Shown: positions 38,326-47,796 of the stretch, piece by piece
Layout of the letters: every line of letters begins with the position of its first letter
Numbering within the stretch: position 1 is the stretch's first letter
From: Candidatus Latescibacterota bacterium
GTDB lineage: Bacteria > Latescibacterota > UBA2968
Length of the DNA: 64,000 bases
Direction of reading: 5' to 3'
Assembly: GCA_965222605.1 (NCBI GenBank)
Contig: OZ244960.1
Location: forward strand, 4,224,001 to 4,288,000
Made by a program: the position numbers and the translations under genes
The notes under the pieces: generated by a model
Database searches by the model: none
Told to the model about the DNA's origin: nothing
Seen by the model: the letters and a program-made list of their open reading frames with translations, nothing else

Positions 38326-40533
38326 TTACGGACAAAATCGTTTTAAACGCAGGGCATTGGTGACAACGGAGACAGAAGAGAGGGCCATAGCGGCTGCGGC
38401 GAGCATGGGACCACCCAGGGGATTGAGCAGACCCAGGGCAGCAATGGGAATGAGAAGGGTGTTGTAGGCAAATGCCCAGAAGAGATTTTGGCGAATGATG
38501 CGCATGGTTTGCCGCGATAGCCGAATAGATGTGGCTATGGCCGTCAGGTTGCCCGACATGAGAATCATGCCCGCGCTTTCTATGGCAATGTCTATGCCCG
38601 AATTCAGGGCGATGCCGACGTTGGCCTGGGCGAGTGCGGGGGCGTCGTTGATGCCGTCGCCAACCATGCCCACGTTCATGTTTTTGTTTTGGAGTTGCGC
38701 GATTTTTTTTGCTTTGTCCTGGGGCAGAACTTCGGCAAAGACCCGATCGATGTTGAGTTGTTGCCCCACTGCTTTGGCCGTGCGCGTGTTGTCGCCTGTC
38801 ACGAGAGAGACTTCAAGGCCCAGATGCTGGAGGTCTTGAACGGCTTGCGCGGCGTCGGCTTTCAGGTTGTCTGAGATGGCGATGAGGCCCGCGGGTTGAT
38901 CATTGACGGTGACAAATACGGCGGTTTTGCCCTCGGCTTCGAGTTTTTCTGCTGGATATTTTGCGCGATCAGATATACTGGCGTTGTGCTGCGCGTGTGC
39001 ATCTGAGTTGCCGAGCACGACGCGCTGTCCGTCAACTGTGGCGGCGATACCAACGCCGGGTCTGGCTTCAAAATCTGTGGTTGGATGCAGGGAGAGGTTG
39101 GCTTCTTGTGCGGCGCGAACAATGGCTTCGCCAAGGGGATGTTCCGATCCTTTTTCTGCCGAGGCTGCGAGTTTGAGTATTTGATCGCGGTGGTAATTTT
39201 CTATGGGGATAATATCGGTGACAGTGGGTTTGCCCTCTGTTAGCGTGCCCGTTTTGTCCAGGACAATGGCATTGAGGCGGTGTGCATTTTCGAGCGCATC
39301 GCCTCCTTTTATGAGGATGCCGAGTTGCGCGCCCCGTCCTGTGCCGACTGCGATGGCGGTGGGCGTGGCCAATCCCATTGCACAAGGGCATGCGATAATG
39401 AGAACGACTACGGCATTGATGAGGGCGGTTTCGATTCCAAAACCAAAAATCCACCACAGGGTGCAGGTCAGCAGGGCGATGGCGAAGATTGTCGGGACAA
39501 AGATGCGGGCGACGCGGTCGGCGAGGTGTTGTATGGGTGCTTTAGATCCTTGTGCCTGTCGCACGAGATCGATGATTTGAGACAAGACGGTATCGGCGCC
39601 GATCTGTGTTGCTTTGAAGATAAAACTGCCGGTTGTGTTGCGCGTGCCGCCTATGACTTTGTCGCCGAATTGTTTGTCAACAGGCATGGATTCGCCTGTG
39701 AGCATGGATTCGTCAATTGTGGATTGTCCGTTTTGTATGAGGCCATCGACCGGGATATTTTCACCGGGCCGTACGCGAATGTGATCACCAATCTGGATGT
39801 GTTCAATAGGTGTTTCAACATCCCGATCGTTGCGAACGATGCGGGCGGTTTTCGGGCGCAGGTCAAGGAGTTTTCGGATGGCTGACGATGTTTGACCTCT
39901 GGCGCGCGTTTCGAGCAGGCGACCGAGCAGGACAAGGGTAATGATCATGGCGGAGGTGTCGAAGTAGGTCTGGATATTCTGTGTGCCGAGTGAGGCAAAG
40001 GTTGCCGCAGTGCTGTAAAAATAAGCGGTGAGGGTTCCCGCGGCAATCAGGCTGTTCATGTCTGCTGTGCGATGGCGCAATGCCGTCCAGGCCCCTTTGA
40101 GAAAACGCCAGCCGCATAAGAATTGAACCGGTGTGGTCAATGCGAAGAGCAGGATGTGAATGTGATAGGGGGGGATGTTTGCGCCCCACAGGGTGCGGGT
40201 CATGCCCGTTGCCATGGTGAGCGCGGAGAGGATTGCGGCGACTGTGAATAGAAAACGCAATTTGCGATATTCGATGGTGCGTTCGATCTGTTCGGCGTCT
40301 TCCGAAGTGTGAGAAGAGGCTTCGTAACCGGCATTGGAGACGGCATTTACAAGCGTGTCTAATGGGACAGCTTTGTGATGAACGGTGGCCCGATGGGTGG
40401 CAAAGTTGACATGGACATCTGCGACGTCGGGAACGGTTTGGAGGGCATTTTCAACCCGTGCCACACACGCGGCACAACTCATGCCCTTGATTGAGAGCGT
40501 TAGGGTTTGCATGGGGTGTTTAGTTTTTGTCAT
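38326..40533 (-). CDS. copA: Copper-translocating P1B-type ATPase
   Basis: GMSCAAC HMA domain, [26 protein letters not shown] and M..SS (Cu+ type). The start may be 40512. Confidence 0.92.
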   Translation of the reverse strand: MTKTKHPMQTLTLSIKGMSCAACVARVENALQTVPDVADVHVNFATHRATVHHKAVPLDTLVNAVSNAGYEASSHTSEDAEQIERTIEYRKLRFLFTVAAILSALTMATGMTRTLWGANIPPYHIHILLFALTTPVQFLCGWRFLKGAWTALRHRTADMNSLIAAGTLTAYFYSTAATFASLGTQNIQTYFDTSAMIITLVLLGRLLETRARGQTSSAIRKLLDLRPKTARIVRNDRDVETPIEHIQIGDHIRVRPGENIPVDGLIQNGQSTIDESMLTGESMPVDKQFGDKVIGGTRNTTGSFIFKATQIGADTVLSQIIDLVRQAQGSKAPIQHLADRVARIFVPTIFAIALLTCTLWWIFGFGIETALINAVVVLIIACPCAMGLATPTAIAVGTGRGAQLGILIKGGDALENAHRLNAIVLDKTGTLTEGKPTVTDIIPIENYHRDQILKLAASAEKGSEHPLGEAIVRAAQEANLSLHPTTDFEARPGVGIAATVDGQRVVLGNSDAHAQHNASISDRAKYPAEKLEAEGKTAVFVTVNDQPAGLIAISDNLKADAAQAVQDLQHLGLEVSLVTGDNTRTAKAVGQQLNIDRVFAEVLPQDKAKKIAQLQNKNMNVGMVGDGINDAPALAQANVGIALNSGIDIAIESAGMILMSGNLTAIATSIRLSRQTMRIIRQNLFWAFAYNTLLIPIAALGLLNPLGGPMLAAAAMALSSVSVVTNALRLKRFCP

Positions 40534-40553
40534 GGGTAGTCGTGAAAGTTAGT

Positions 40554-41672
40554 TTACTTGAGGTTTTCGGGGTTTAACCCTTTGAGGTCCTCTACGACAA
40601 AATGTCCGTCTTTGCGAATGCATTCATCGTCGAAGTAGATTTCTCCACCGCCGTATTCGGGGGTTTGGATGAAGACCATGTCCCAGTGTACGGCAGAGCG
40701 GTTGCCGTTGTCGGCATCATCGGGATAGGCATTGCCGGGTGTAAAGTGGAATGATCCCGATATTTTTTCGTCGAAGAGAATATCGAGCATGGGCGATGTG
40801 ATATAGGGGTTGAATGCGATGGCAAATTCACCAATATAACGCGCGCCTTCATCTGTGTTGAGAATATCGTTGAGTTTGGTGGTATCGCTTGCGGTCGCGT
40901 CGATGATTTTTCCCGCTTGAAAGGTCAGTTTGATATCTGAAAACGTCGTGCCGCGATAGATGGTGGAAACGTTGAAAAGGATGTGACCGTTTACGGAGTC
41001 TTTAACCGGCGCGGTGAAACACTCGCCATCGGGGATGTTGCGAAGCCCCGTACACGGTCTGACCGGTATGTCTTTGATGCTAAAGGACAGATCGGTATCG
41101 ACTCCTGTGATACGCACGCGATCAGTTTGTTCCATGCGTTTTTTAAGGGGTGCGACTGCTTCGGCCATTTTGCCATAATCGAGCGTGCAGACGTCAAAAT
41201 AAAAATCTTCAAAAGCTTCAGTACTTTGTTGCGCCTGTTGTGCCATAGAAGGCGTGGGCCATCGCAAGACCACCCATTTGGTGTGCGGCACGCGGATGGC
41301 AAAATGCACGGGTTTGAGCCAGTGTTTTTCGTAGATATCCATCGCGGTACTGGATACATCTGATAATTCTGAGATATTGCGGCTGCCGCGCAGACCAATG
41401 TAGGCCTGTACGCGCTTCATTCGGTAGGCTTCATAATCGCCTGCTTGTTGCATGGTGGCGATATTGCCTGCATGGATGAGTTCGCGTTGGATGCGGTTGT
41501 TTTTAATGGATACCAGGGGAATACCGCCAACTTCGCGCACTTTGCGAATGAGTGCAATGATCATGTCTTCGGGCATGTCGTAGCCCTGAATGAGGACGGT
41601 TTCGCCCGCTTGTAACTTTGTGGAATGGCGAATTAAGACATCGGCGAGTTTTTCAAGGCGGGGATCTTGCAT
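40554..41672 (-). CDS. Aminopeptidase, M29 (AmpS/AmpT) family
   Basis: DPR..KLA.VL, NIPDGE.FTAP, GEFA, LFDEKI.GS.H, S..HWD motifs. Real start at MQDPRL. Confidence 0.92.
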   Translation of the reverse strand: MQDPRLEKLADVLIRHSTKLQAGETVLIQGYDMPEDMIIALIRKVREVGGIPLVSIKNNRIQRELIHAGNIATMQQAGDYEAYRMKRVQAYIGLRGSRNISELSDVSSTAMDIYEKHWLKPVHFAIRVPHTKWVVLRWPTPSMAQQAQQSTEAFEDFYFDVCTLDYGKMAEAVAPLKKRMEQTDRVRITGVDTDLSFSIKDIPVRPCTGLRNIPDGECFTAPVKDSVNGHILFNVSTIYRGTTFSDIKLTFQAGKIIDATASDTTKLNDILNTDEGARYIGEFAIAFNPYITSPMLDILFDEKISGSFHFTPGNAYPDDADNGNRSAVHWDMVFIQTPEYGGGEIYFDDECIRKDGHFVVEDLKGLNPENLK

Positions 41673-41757
41673 AAAGTTTCCTCGGGATGATCGCGGTTGA
41701 TGTTGATATAAAAATAACACATAATATGTTTGTAATCCATATTTTTTACAGAAAGTT

Positions 41758-41784
41758 GTAGGGGCGGTGCCCCTGTGCCCGCCC
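41758..41784 (+). repeat. GTAG-type REP-like palindrome (single copy)
   Basis: GTAG followed by a GGGCGG...CCGCCC hairpin in the intergenic region. Confidence 0.55.
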
Positions 41785-41798
41785 GTAAGGTAGATCAC

Positions 41799-42563
41799 AT
41801 GAAATTTAGACCGTGTATTGATTTGAAAGATGGCCGGGTTGTACAAATCGTGGGGGGCACGTTGCGCGATGGGGATACCCAGCGCACGGTGACAAATTTT
41901 GAGACCGAGCGCTCTCCCGCGGATTATGCGCGGCTGTATCGCGAGGACGGATTTTGGGGAGGCCATGTGATTGCGCTTGGCCCGGGCAATGAAGCGGCGG
42001 CGTTGGATGCTCTTAAGGCATTTCCCGGGGGGTTGCACATGGGTGGGGGTATCACGCCGCACAATGCGGAAAAATTTTTGCGCGCGGGCGCGAGCCATGT
42101 GATTGTGACGTCTTATGTTTTTCGCGATGGGCAAATTGATATGACGCGATTGGATGAGATGATACGGGCTGTGGGTAGGGAGCGTTTGGTTCTGGATTTG
42201 AGTTGTCGAAAACGCGGTGATGACTATGTTGTTGTAACGGATCGCTGGCAAAGATTTACGAATGTGACTGTCGGCGAGGAGATATTGAGCGCGTTGGCCG
42301 GTTATTGTGCTGAGTTTTTGGTACACGGGGTTGATGTAGAGGGCAAACGCGCAGGTGTAGAAGAGCCTCTGGTGAAAATGCTGGGAAGATGGTCACCCGT
42401 GCCGGTAACTTATGCAGGTGGGGTGCGAGAGTTATCGGATTTGCACCGCGTCAATGTGCTGGGCCAGGGGCGGGTAGATCTGACTATTGGCAGTGCGCTG
42501 GATATTTTTTGGGGCGATGTGGCATATCGAGATGTTGTGGCATGGGCGAGGGGAGAAGTGTGA
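41799..42563 (+). CDS. hisA: ProFAR isomerase, eukaryote-like (His6-type) HisA
   Basis: FRPCIDL..G.V.QIVGGTL, GGHVI.LG, GASHVIVTS, LVLDLSCR, EFLVH..DVEG, TYAGG, LTIGSALDIF motifs. Confidence 0.9.
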   Translation: MKFRPCIDLKDGRVVQIVGGTLRDGDTQRTVTNFETERSPADYARLYREDGFWGGHVIALGPGNEAAALDALKAFPGGLHMGGGITPHNAEKFLRAGASHVIVTSYVFRDGQIDMTRLDEMIRAVGRERLVLDLSCRKRGDDYVVVTDRWQRFTNVTVGEEILSALAGYCAEFLVHGVDVEGKRAGVEEPLVKMLGRWSPVPVTYAGGVRELSDLHRVNVLGQGRVDLTIGSALDIFWGDVAYRDVVAWARGEV

Positions 42564-42618
42564 AGTGTGGGATGGTGTACAACTGGTCGCAGTCCAGACC
42601 AGTTCACGGAGAAGTGAG

Positions 42619-43629
42619 ATGGATCGTTTTAAGGATATCGGAGAGTTCGGTTTTATTGATCGCATTGCCGCGCACGCACAGCGCAATCGGGTTCTGTGTG
42701 GGATTGGAGATGATTGTGCTGTTATGGCAGCCGGGCAGGAGCGCGTGCGATTGGTGACGGTTGATGCGATGGTTGAGGGCATCCACTTTGTGCCGCATGC
42801 ACCGCCAGAAGGCGTGGGGTACAAATTACTGGCTGCGAGTTTGTCCGATATGGCCGCTATGGGTGGGAAACCGACGGATGCTGTTGTGGCGGTTAGCGTG
42901 TCGGGTGATTGTGATGCGGGTTATGTCGAGCGGATTTACAACGGGCTTTTTGTCTGTGCAGATCGGTTTGATGTGGCTGTTGTGGGTGGTGATACAACGC
43001 GCACGTCTGGTGCGCTGGTTTTGAGTTTGACGCTTACAGGTGAGATGGCGCAAGATCAGGTGTGTTATCGGTCTGGCGCGCAAGTGGGTGATGCCGTCTA
43101 TGTATCGGGCACGTTGGGCGATGCTGCGGGTGGTTTGGGGGTGGTATTGAGTGATGTCGATCTGCCGGGCAAGATGCGAACCGCGTTGTTACAAAGGCAT
43201 TATCGACCTGAGCCTCGGTTGGATTTGGGACTGGCGTTGGCGGAAACAGGGGCAGTGACAGCGATGATCGATGTGTCGGATGGGTTGGCTTCGGATTTGA
43301 GCCATATTTGCCAGCAAAGTGGTGTGTCGGCTGTGATTCGAGCAGCGGCGATTCCCATGTCGCGAGCGTTTATAAAATTTTGTGAAGTGAGTGGTGAAGA
43401 GAAATTGGATCTTGCACTCACTGGAGGGGAAGATTTCGAGTTGCTATTTTCTGTGTGTCTCACACAGGTCAATAAGGTGGAGGCATTGGCAGAGGCGTAT
43501 TCGATTTGTCGCATTGGCGAGATTGTGGCTGGCGATGGCTGTGTGATGATAGAAGGTGAGGATGGAAAGCGCGTGCCATTGGAACAGTTGGGTTATGATC
43601 ATTTTGGAGGGGAGTCGCCAGGGGGCTGA
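42619..43629 (+). CDS. thiL: Thiamine-monophosphate kinase
   Basis: GEFGFI, GIGDDCA, D..VEG.HF, SD.AAMGG, GGDT, RSGA..GD, D.SDGL, GGEDFEL, GY.HF motifs. Confidence 0.95.
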   Translation: MDRFKDIGEFGFIDRIAAHAQRNRVLCGIGDDCAVMAAGQERVRLVTVDAMVEGIHFVPHAPPEGVGYKLLAASLSDMAAMGGKPTDAVVAVSVSGDCDAGYVERIYNGLFVCADRFDVAVVGGDTTRTSGALVLSLTLTGEMAQDQVCYRSGAQVGDAVYVSGTLGDAAGGLGVVLSDVDLPGKMRTALLQRHYRPEPRLDLGLALAETGAVTAMIDVSDGLASDLSHICQQSGVSAVIRAAAIPMSRAFIKFCEVSGEEKLDLALTGGEDFELLFSVCLTQVNKVEALAEAYSICRIGEIVAGDGCVMIEGEDGKRVPLEQLGYDHFGGESPGG

Positions 43630-43632
43630 CCG

Positions 43633-43977
43633 CTAATTGCTGAACGCTGTACGTTGTCGCTGGCGTTTTTTTTCTGAGCGCTGGCGTTTTTTTTCAAGGC
43701 GTTTTTCGATTGAAGATCGGTTGGGGCGGGTTTTAATGCGCGGTTTGCGCTTTTTGTCGCGCTCTTTCAGGCGGTTTTGCAAACGCTCGAGGGCGAGTTG
43801 TTTGTTGCGGTGTTGTGAGCGGTGTTCTGTGGCGATGACTGTAATACCCGTGGGTATGTGGATCGCACGTACGGCGGTTTCAACTTTGTTGCGATGTTGG
43901 CCGCCGGGGCCAGACCCGCGCATGGTTTGAAATCGGACATCCTTCAGGAGCGCGTTGTTGTCGGTGTTTTTAGACAT
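43633..43977 (-). CDS. arfB: ArfB-like peptidyl-tRNA hydrolase (GGQ domain + basic tail)
   Basis: RGSGPGGQH.NK..TAV, RSQ.RN...AL.RL, and C-terminal R..T.P......RL..K...S.KK..R. Confidence 0.8.
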   Translation of the reverse strand: MSKNTDNNALLKDVRFQTMRGSGPGGQHRNKVETAVRAIHIPTGITVIATEHRSQHRNKQLALERLQNRLKERDKKRKPRIKTRPNRSSIEKRLEKKRQRSEKKRQRQRTAFSN

Positions 43978-43985
43978 TTTGACAT

Positions 43986-44043
43986 AAAAAATAAGCGGTC
44001 AGTTTTTAACGATCACCCAACGAGTGGCGCAAAACTGACCGCT
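43986..44043 (-). terminator. Hairpin/terminator after the S1-domain gene
   Basis: 13-bp perfect stem AGCGGTCAGTTTT/AAAACTGACCGCT with a long loop, followed by TATTTTT on the minus strand. Confidence 0.55.
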
Positions 44044-44060
44044 GAATTTTAACAGTTTAC

Positions 44061-45338
44061 TCAGGCCAGTCCTGCACGGCGAAGGGCGTCTGTCATGGCA
44101 TTATCGCTTTGAGACTCTTGCGTTTGCTTGGACTTAAATGCGGCCATGTCCTCAACTTCGGCGGTTTGCCTATCTTGTTCTTCAACGGCACGCATGGAGA
44201 GTGAGATGCGTTTTTTTCTCGAATCGATTTCGCGGATCAAGGTTTTGACTTCTTGGCCGACTGAAACGACTTCGCTGGGGTTTGAGATGCGTTTTCCCGA
44301 AACGAACTGCGAGATGTGGATCAGCCCCTCAATACCGGGTTCAATTTCGACAAAGGCACCGAAATTTTGGATTGAAACGACTTTGCCCGTGATGACGCTG
44401 CCTTCTCGGTAGCGCTCTGCTACCGTATCCCATGGATCTTTTTCCAGTGCTTTGATGGAGAGCGATATGCGCTCATTTTTTTTGCCCAGATTTTTGAGGC
44501 CGATTATTTTGACGCGCACTTCTTCGCCTTTTTTTAAGACACTGCGCGGATTTTCTACGCGGGTGTGGCTGATTTCTGAGACGTGTACCAGGCCTTCAAC
44601 ACCTCCCAAGTCAACAAAAGAGCCAAAGCGTTCTATGCGTGTAATAGTTCCCGTTCTTTCTTCACCTTCTGAGAGTTGTTGGCGCATCTCGTCGGCTTTT
44701 TTGCGATTTTCTTCTTCCAGATAAGCGCGGCGTGAAACAACGACATTGTTGCGTCCCCGCAGTTCAACAATTTTGAAGTTGTGGGTCTGGCCCGCATACG
44801 AAGCCGGGTCATTGCAATATCCCGTGTCAATTTGCGACATGGGGCAAAATGCGCGAAGGCCGCCGATATTCACCACGAGGCCTCCGGTATTGAAGCCGGT
44901 GACTTTGCCAGCGATGGGCATGTCGTTTTGATGTGCGTGACGCAGGAGTTGACGGCTGGAAACGCGCAACGAAAATGTCAGGCGTATTTCGCTATCAGTG
45001 CTGGCGACAAAGGCTTCGATGGTATCGCCAGTCTTGTATTTTAATTCGCCCGATTTGTCGCGCAGTTCTTGGATGTCTATTGATGCTTCACTGCGGCCAC
45101 CAAAGTCGATAAATGCTGTGGATTCACCAATTTCGCGGAGGGTTCCAGAGACTTTTTCGCCGGTAGAGACTTCGCGATAACTCCGCTTATCGCTTTCTTC
45201 GAGCAGTGTAGCAAATTCGGCATTAGGTGTGTCTTCGGCGTATTTTTTGTCGAGTTCTTCGACAGTGGGCGCGTCGTCTGAAGGGGCTTGGGCTGGTGTA
45301 TCGCCAGCCGTTTTGCCTGTTTTTTCGAGGGTGCTCAT
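44061..45338 (-). CDS. rpsA: 30S ribosomal protein S1-like protein with four S1 domains
   Basis: Four S1 repeats (F.D.GG.SE; GG....F.P.SQ; FG.FVDLGGVEGLVHVSE; FGAFVE...G.EGLIHIS; RISLS). It is shorter than the six-domain form and may be a paralog. Confidence 0.7.
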   Translation of the reverse strand: MSTLEKTGKTAGDTPAQAPSDDAPTVEELDKKYAEDTPNAEFATLLEESDKRSYREVSTGEKVSGTLREIGESTAFIDFGGRSEASIDIQELRDKSGELKYKTGDTIEAFVASTDSEIRLTFSLRVSSRQLLRHAHQNDMPIAGKVTGFNTGGLVVNIGGLRAFCPMSQIDTGYCNDPASYAGQTHNFKIVELRGRNNVVVSRRAYLEEENRKKADEMRQQLSEGEERTGTITRIERFGSFVDLGGVEGLVHVSEISHTRVENPRSVLKKGEEVRVKIIGLKNLGKKNERISLSIKALEKDPWDTVAERYREGSVITGKVVSIQNFGAFVEIEPGIEGLIHISQFVSGKRISNPSEVVSVGQEVKTLIREIDSRKKRISLSMRAVEEQDRQTAEVEDMAAFKSKQTQESQSDNAMTDALRRAGLA

Positions 45339-45536
45339 AGTTTGTGACCTGTGGAATCGTTTTTGAGGGATGGGGGCTGTTAGATAGACTAAAGAATCTA
45401 TAAAGGATACCGAAAATAAGCAACCAAATTTTTCCTTCTCAGGTATAAATTTAGTGCCTACTCCGATCATGTGCTTAAAAAAAAGTGACAGTTTGACGTG
45501 TGTGATGTGTTATAAAAATAAAGCGATGAGTTGTCT

Positions 45537-45809
45537 ATGAATGTCGAAATATTATATGAAAAATACGGCCCCATGGTGTTGCGGCGCTGTCGGCGGTTAC
45601 TACGAGATGAAGATCGCGCCATGGATGCCATGCAGGATGTGTTTGTGCGGGTATTGCAACGCCGGGATCGTCTAAAAGCGACCTATCCGTCGAGTTTGCT
45701 GTATCGCATTGCGACCAGTGTGTGTTTGAATCGCATTCGCGATCAGCGGCTCGTTCTGCCGGGCGATGACGTGTTGATGCATATTGCAGGGGTGAAAGAC
45801 AAGGTGTAA
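45537..45809 (+). pseudogene. Truncated ECF sigma factor (region 2 only)
   Basis: LYEKYGPMVLRRCRRLL.DED.A.DAMQDVF...SLLYRIAT.VCLN..R. Region 4 is missing; the frame ends about 6 codons after the junction near 45789. Confidence 0.75.
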
Positions 45810-46207
45810 AGCCGGACTTGTTGCTGTATCGAAAAAGAGCGTCTGAGATTGAACAATTGGCGGATAGCAGTGTGGCTTATGCGGGCGATTTGATTCAAGT
45901 TTTTTATCGCGCGGCGGGCAAGCCTTTTGGGGTGATTTTGTCTGTGGATGGGCGCGGTACTGTGACGCGGCATTTGCCCGCATCGGGAACAAGAGCCGTG
46001 CGTTTGATACAGGGCGATCCCGTGCCTCTGGATTATTCTTATGAATTGGATGATGCCCCAAAGTGGGAACGTTTTTATTTTTTAACAGCAAGTACGTCTT
46101 TTGACATGCGCGATGTGACACAAGCGGCAAAGGACGGTCTCGATTCATTGCGGGTGGGAAGAGAATTTGAGCAGTTTGCCATTACGCTTTATAAGGGAGG
46201 TGAGTGA
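45790..46207 (+). pseudogene. C-terminal part of an anti-sigma/DUF4384-like protein
   Basis: Reads ..GERQGVKPDLLLYRK..GDLIQV.Y......GVILSVDGRG.VT.H.P....L..SYELDDAP..ERF. The N-terminal and TM parts are absent. Confidence 0.6.
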
Positions 46208-47784
46208 TGTTGCGTCAATGGAGAGTGCTGTTGGTGTTCGGTTTGCTGTTATGTGCCCAGGGAATTGAGGCAACTCAAGTTGTGCGGCGTTTTGTGCTGG
46301 CGGTGGGTGCAAATTTTGGTGGAGAGAAACGCACGCCTCTGCGTTATGCCGTATCGGATGCAAAACATTTTGCTCGTGTTTTAGAGATGATGGGTGGCGT
46401 TGACTCTGAGGATCAATTTTTGTTGGCTGAGCCGAGTTTGGGAAATTTTAAACGGGTTTTGACTAATTTGGAGGCCCGGGTCATAAAAGCATCCCAGTCG
46501 TCAAGTCGCATCGAAGTTGTCCTATATTATTCCGGGCACGCCGATGAGAATGGATTGCTGTTGGGAGAAGATCGGCTGACCTATCGCGCTTTGCGCGATG
46601 CAATGAATAGCGTTCAGGCGGATGTGCATATTACTGTGCTCGATGCGTGTGCTTCGGGCGCTATTACGCGTCTGAAAGGCGGGCAAAGGCAAAAAGCCTT
46701 TATGGTCGATGCGTCGTCGGATATGCGGGGGTATGCGTTTTTGACTTCGAGTTCCGAAAATGAAGCTGCACAAGAATCGGATCGCATTCGCGGGTCGTTT
46801 TTTACGCATTATCTGGTGTCGGGTCTGCGAGGTGCAGCAGATGTGACTGGGGATGGCAAGGTGACACTCAGCGAAGCTTATGCGTTTGCATTTCGCAATA
46901 CGTTGAAGCGAACGGAAAAAACCCAGGGAGGGGCACAGCATCCGGCTTATGATATTAAAATGACGGGTACAGGTGATGTGGTGATGACCGATATGAGAGA
47001 GACCTCGGCGAGTTTGATTCTGTCAGATGAGTTAAATGGTCGATTTTTTGTGCGCAATTCGCAGGAGCAACTGGTGGCAGAGTTGGATAAGACTGCCGGG
47101 CAAACACTCGAGTTGGGATTAGAACCCGAGGTTTATGACATTCATTTTGAACAGCGAACACAATTGTTGCATTCAAAGGTCGCGTTGCAAAAGGGTGAGC
47201 GGTTTTTGCTTGAAAATCGGCATTTTCGCTCTCAAGTGCGCGAAAAAACCACGAGCCGAGGGCCTGCGTTGAAGAAACCAGCAGCCGGGAAATCTGTTCG
47301 ACCTCGCTATCCGCACAAGCTATCGGGAAAAGGGCGTATTGAACGCAGCAGGGGCGTATGGAACTTGGGAGATGATAGCAAAGCCTGGATTTTTGGATTC
47401 TGGCCCACAGAACATGTTGCGATCAACTATTCTCGTTCGGGATTTTCGTTTGCTGACTTGGCCGACGACGCAAAAACAGGTGTGTCATCGGAACTGGTCA
47501 GCCTGCGTATTTATATGCCTTTGACTGTGTTGCGCTCACCTCTGCGCCCTTATGCCGAAGGGGGCGTTGGTCGGTACACGGGTAAAGTATTGGATGTGGA
47601 TGTCGATGAGGTGAATGGATTGTATTGGGGGGGTGGACTGGATGTGCCGTTTATGAAGTTTTTTGTTCTGGGTGGACGCATAGGCTATAATCGGTTTTTC
47701 GAGCCTTTTGCTGTGCCGGTGAATGGGCAAACGGATTATAGCGGGATGGAGTACAGCGTGGGGTTGGGTTTGCTGTTATTCTGA
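46207..47784 (+). CDS. Exported caspase-family (C14) peptidase with C-terminal outer-membrane beta-barrel
   Basis: Signal peptide, LRYA..DA, catalytic YYSGH and LDAC, S.FT..L..GL.GAD...DG.VT..E.Y, Q.P. C-terminal amphipathic strands (PYAEGGVG, GGLD, terminal F). Confidence 0.85.
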   Translation: MLRQWRVLLVFGLLLCAQGIEATQVVRRFVLAVGANFGGEKRTPLRYAVSDAKHFARVLEMMGGVDSEDQFLLAEPSLGNFKRVLTNLEARVIKASQSSSRIEVVLYYSGHADENGLLLGEDRLTYRALRDAMNSVQADVHITVLDACASGAITRLKGGQRQKAFMVDASSDMRGYAFLTSSSENEAAQESDRIRGSFFTHYLVSGLRGAADVTGDGKVTLSEAYAFAFRNTLKRTEKTQGGAQHPAYDIKMTGTGDVVMTDMRETSASLILSDELNGRFFVRNSQEQLVAELDKTAGQTLELGLEPEVYDIHFEQRTQLLHSKVALQKGERFLLENRHFRSQVREKTTSRGPALKKPAAGKSVRPRYPHKLSGKGRIERSRGVWNLGDDSKAWIFGFWPTEHVAINYSRSGFSFADLADDAKTGVSSELVSLRIYMPLTVLRSPLRPYAEGGVGRYTGKVLDVDVDEVNGLYWGGGLDVPFMKFFVLGGRIGYNRFFEPFAVPVNGQTDYSGMEYSVGLGLLLF

Positions 47785-47796
47785 TCGGAGGGGAAT

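Noticed and set aside
41673-42326. 218-aa N-terminal extension of the aminopeptidase in the ORF track
   Set aside because: It overlaps hisA on the other strand; family similarity starts at MQDPRL (41672).
42501-42516. HisA DIFWG instead of DIFGG
   Set aside because: It is a single change at a T-run/G-run boundary, plausibly a base-calling artefact or neutral.
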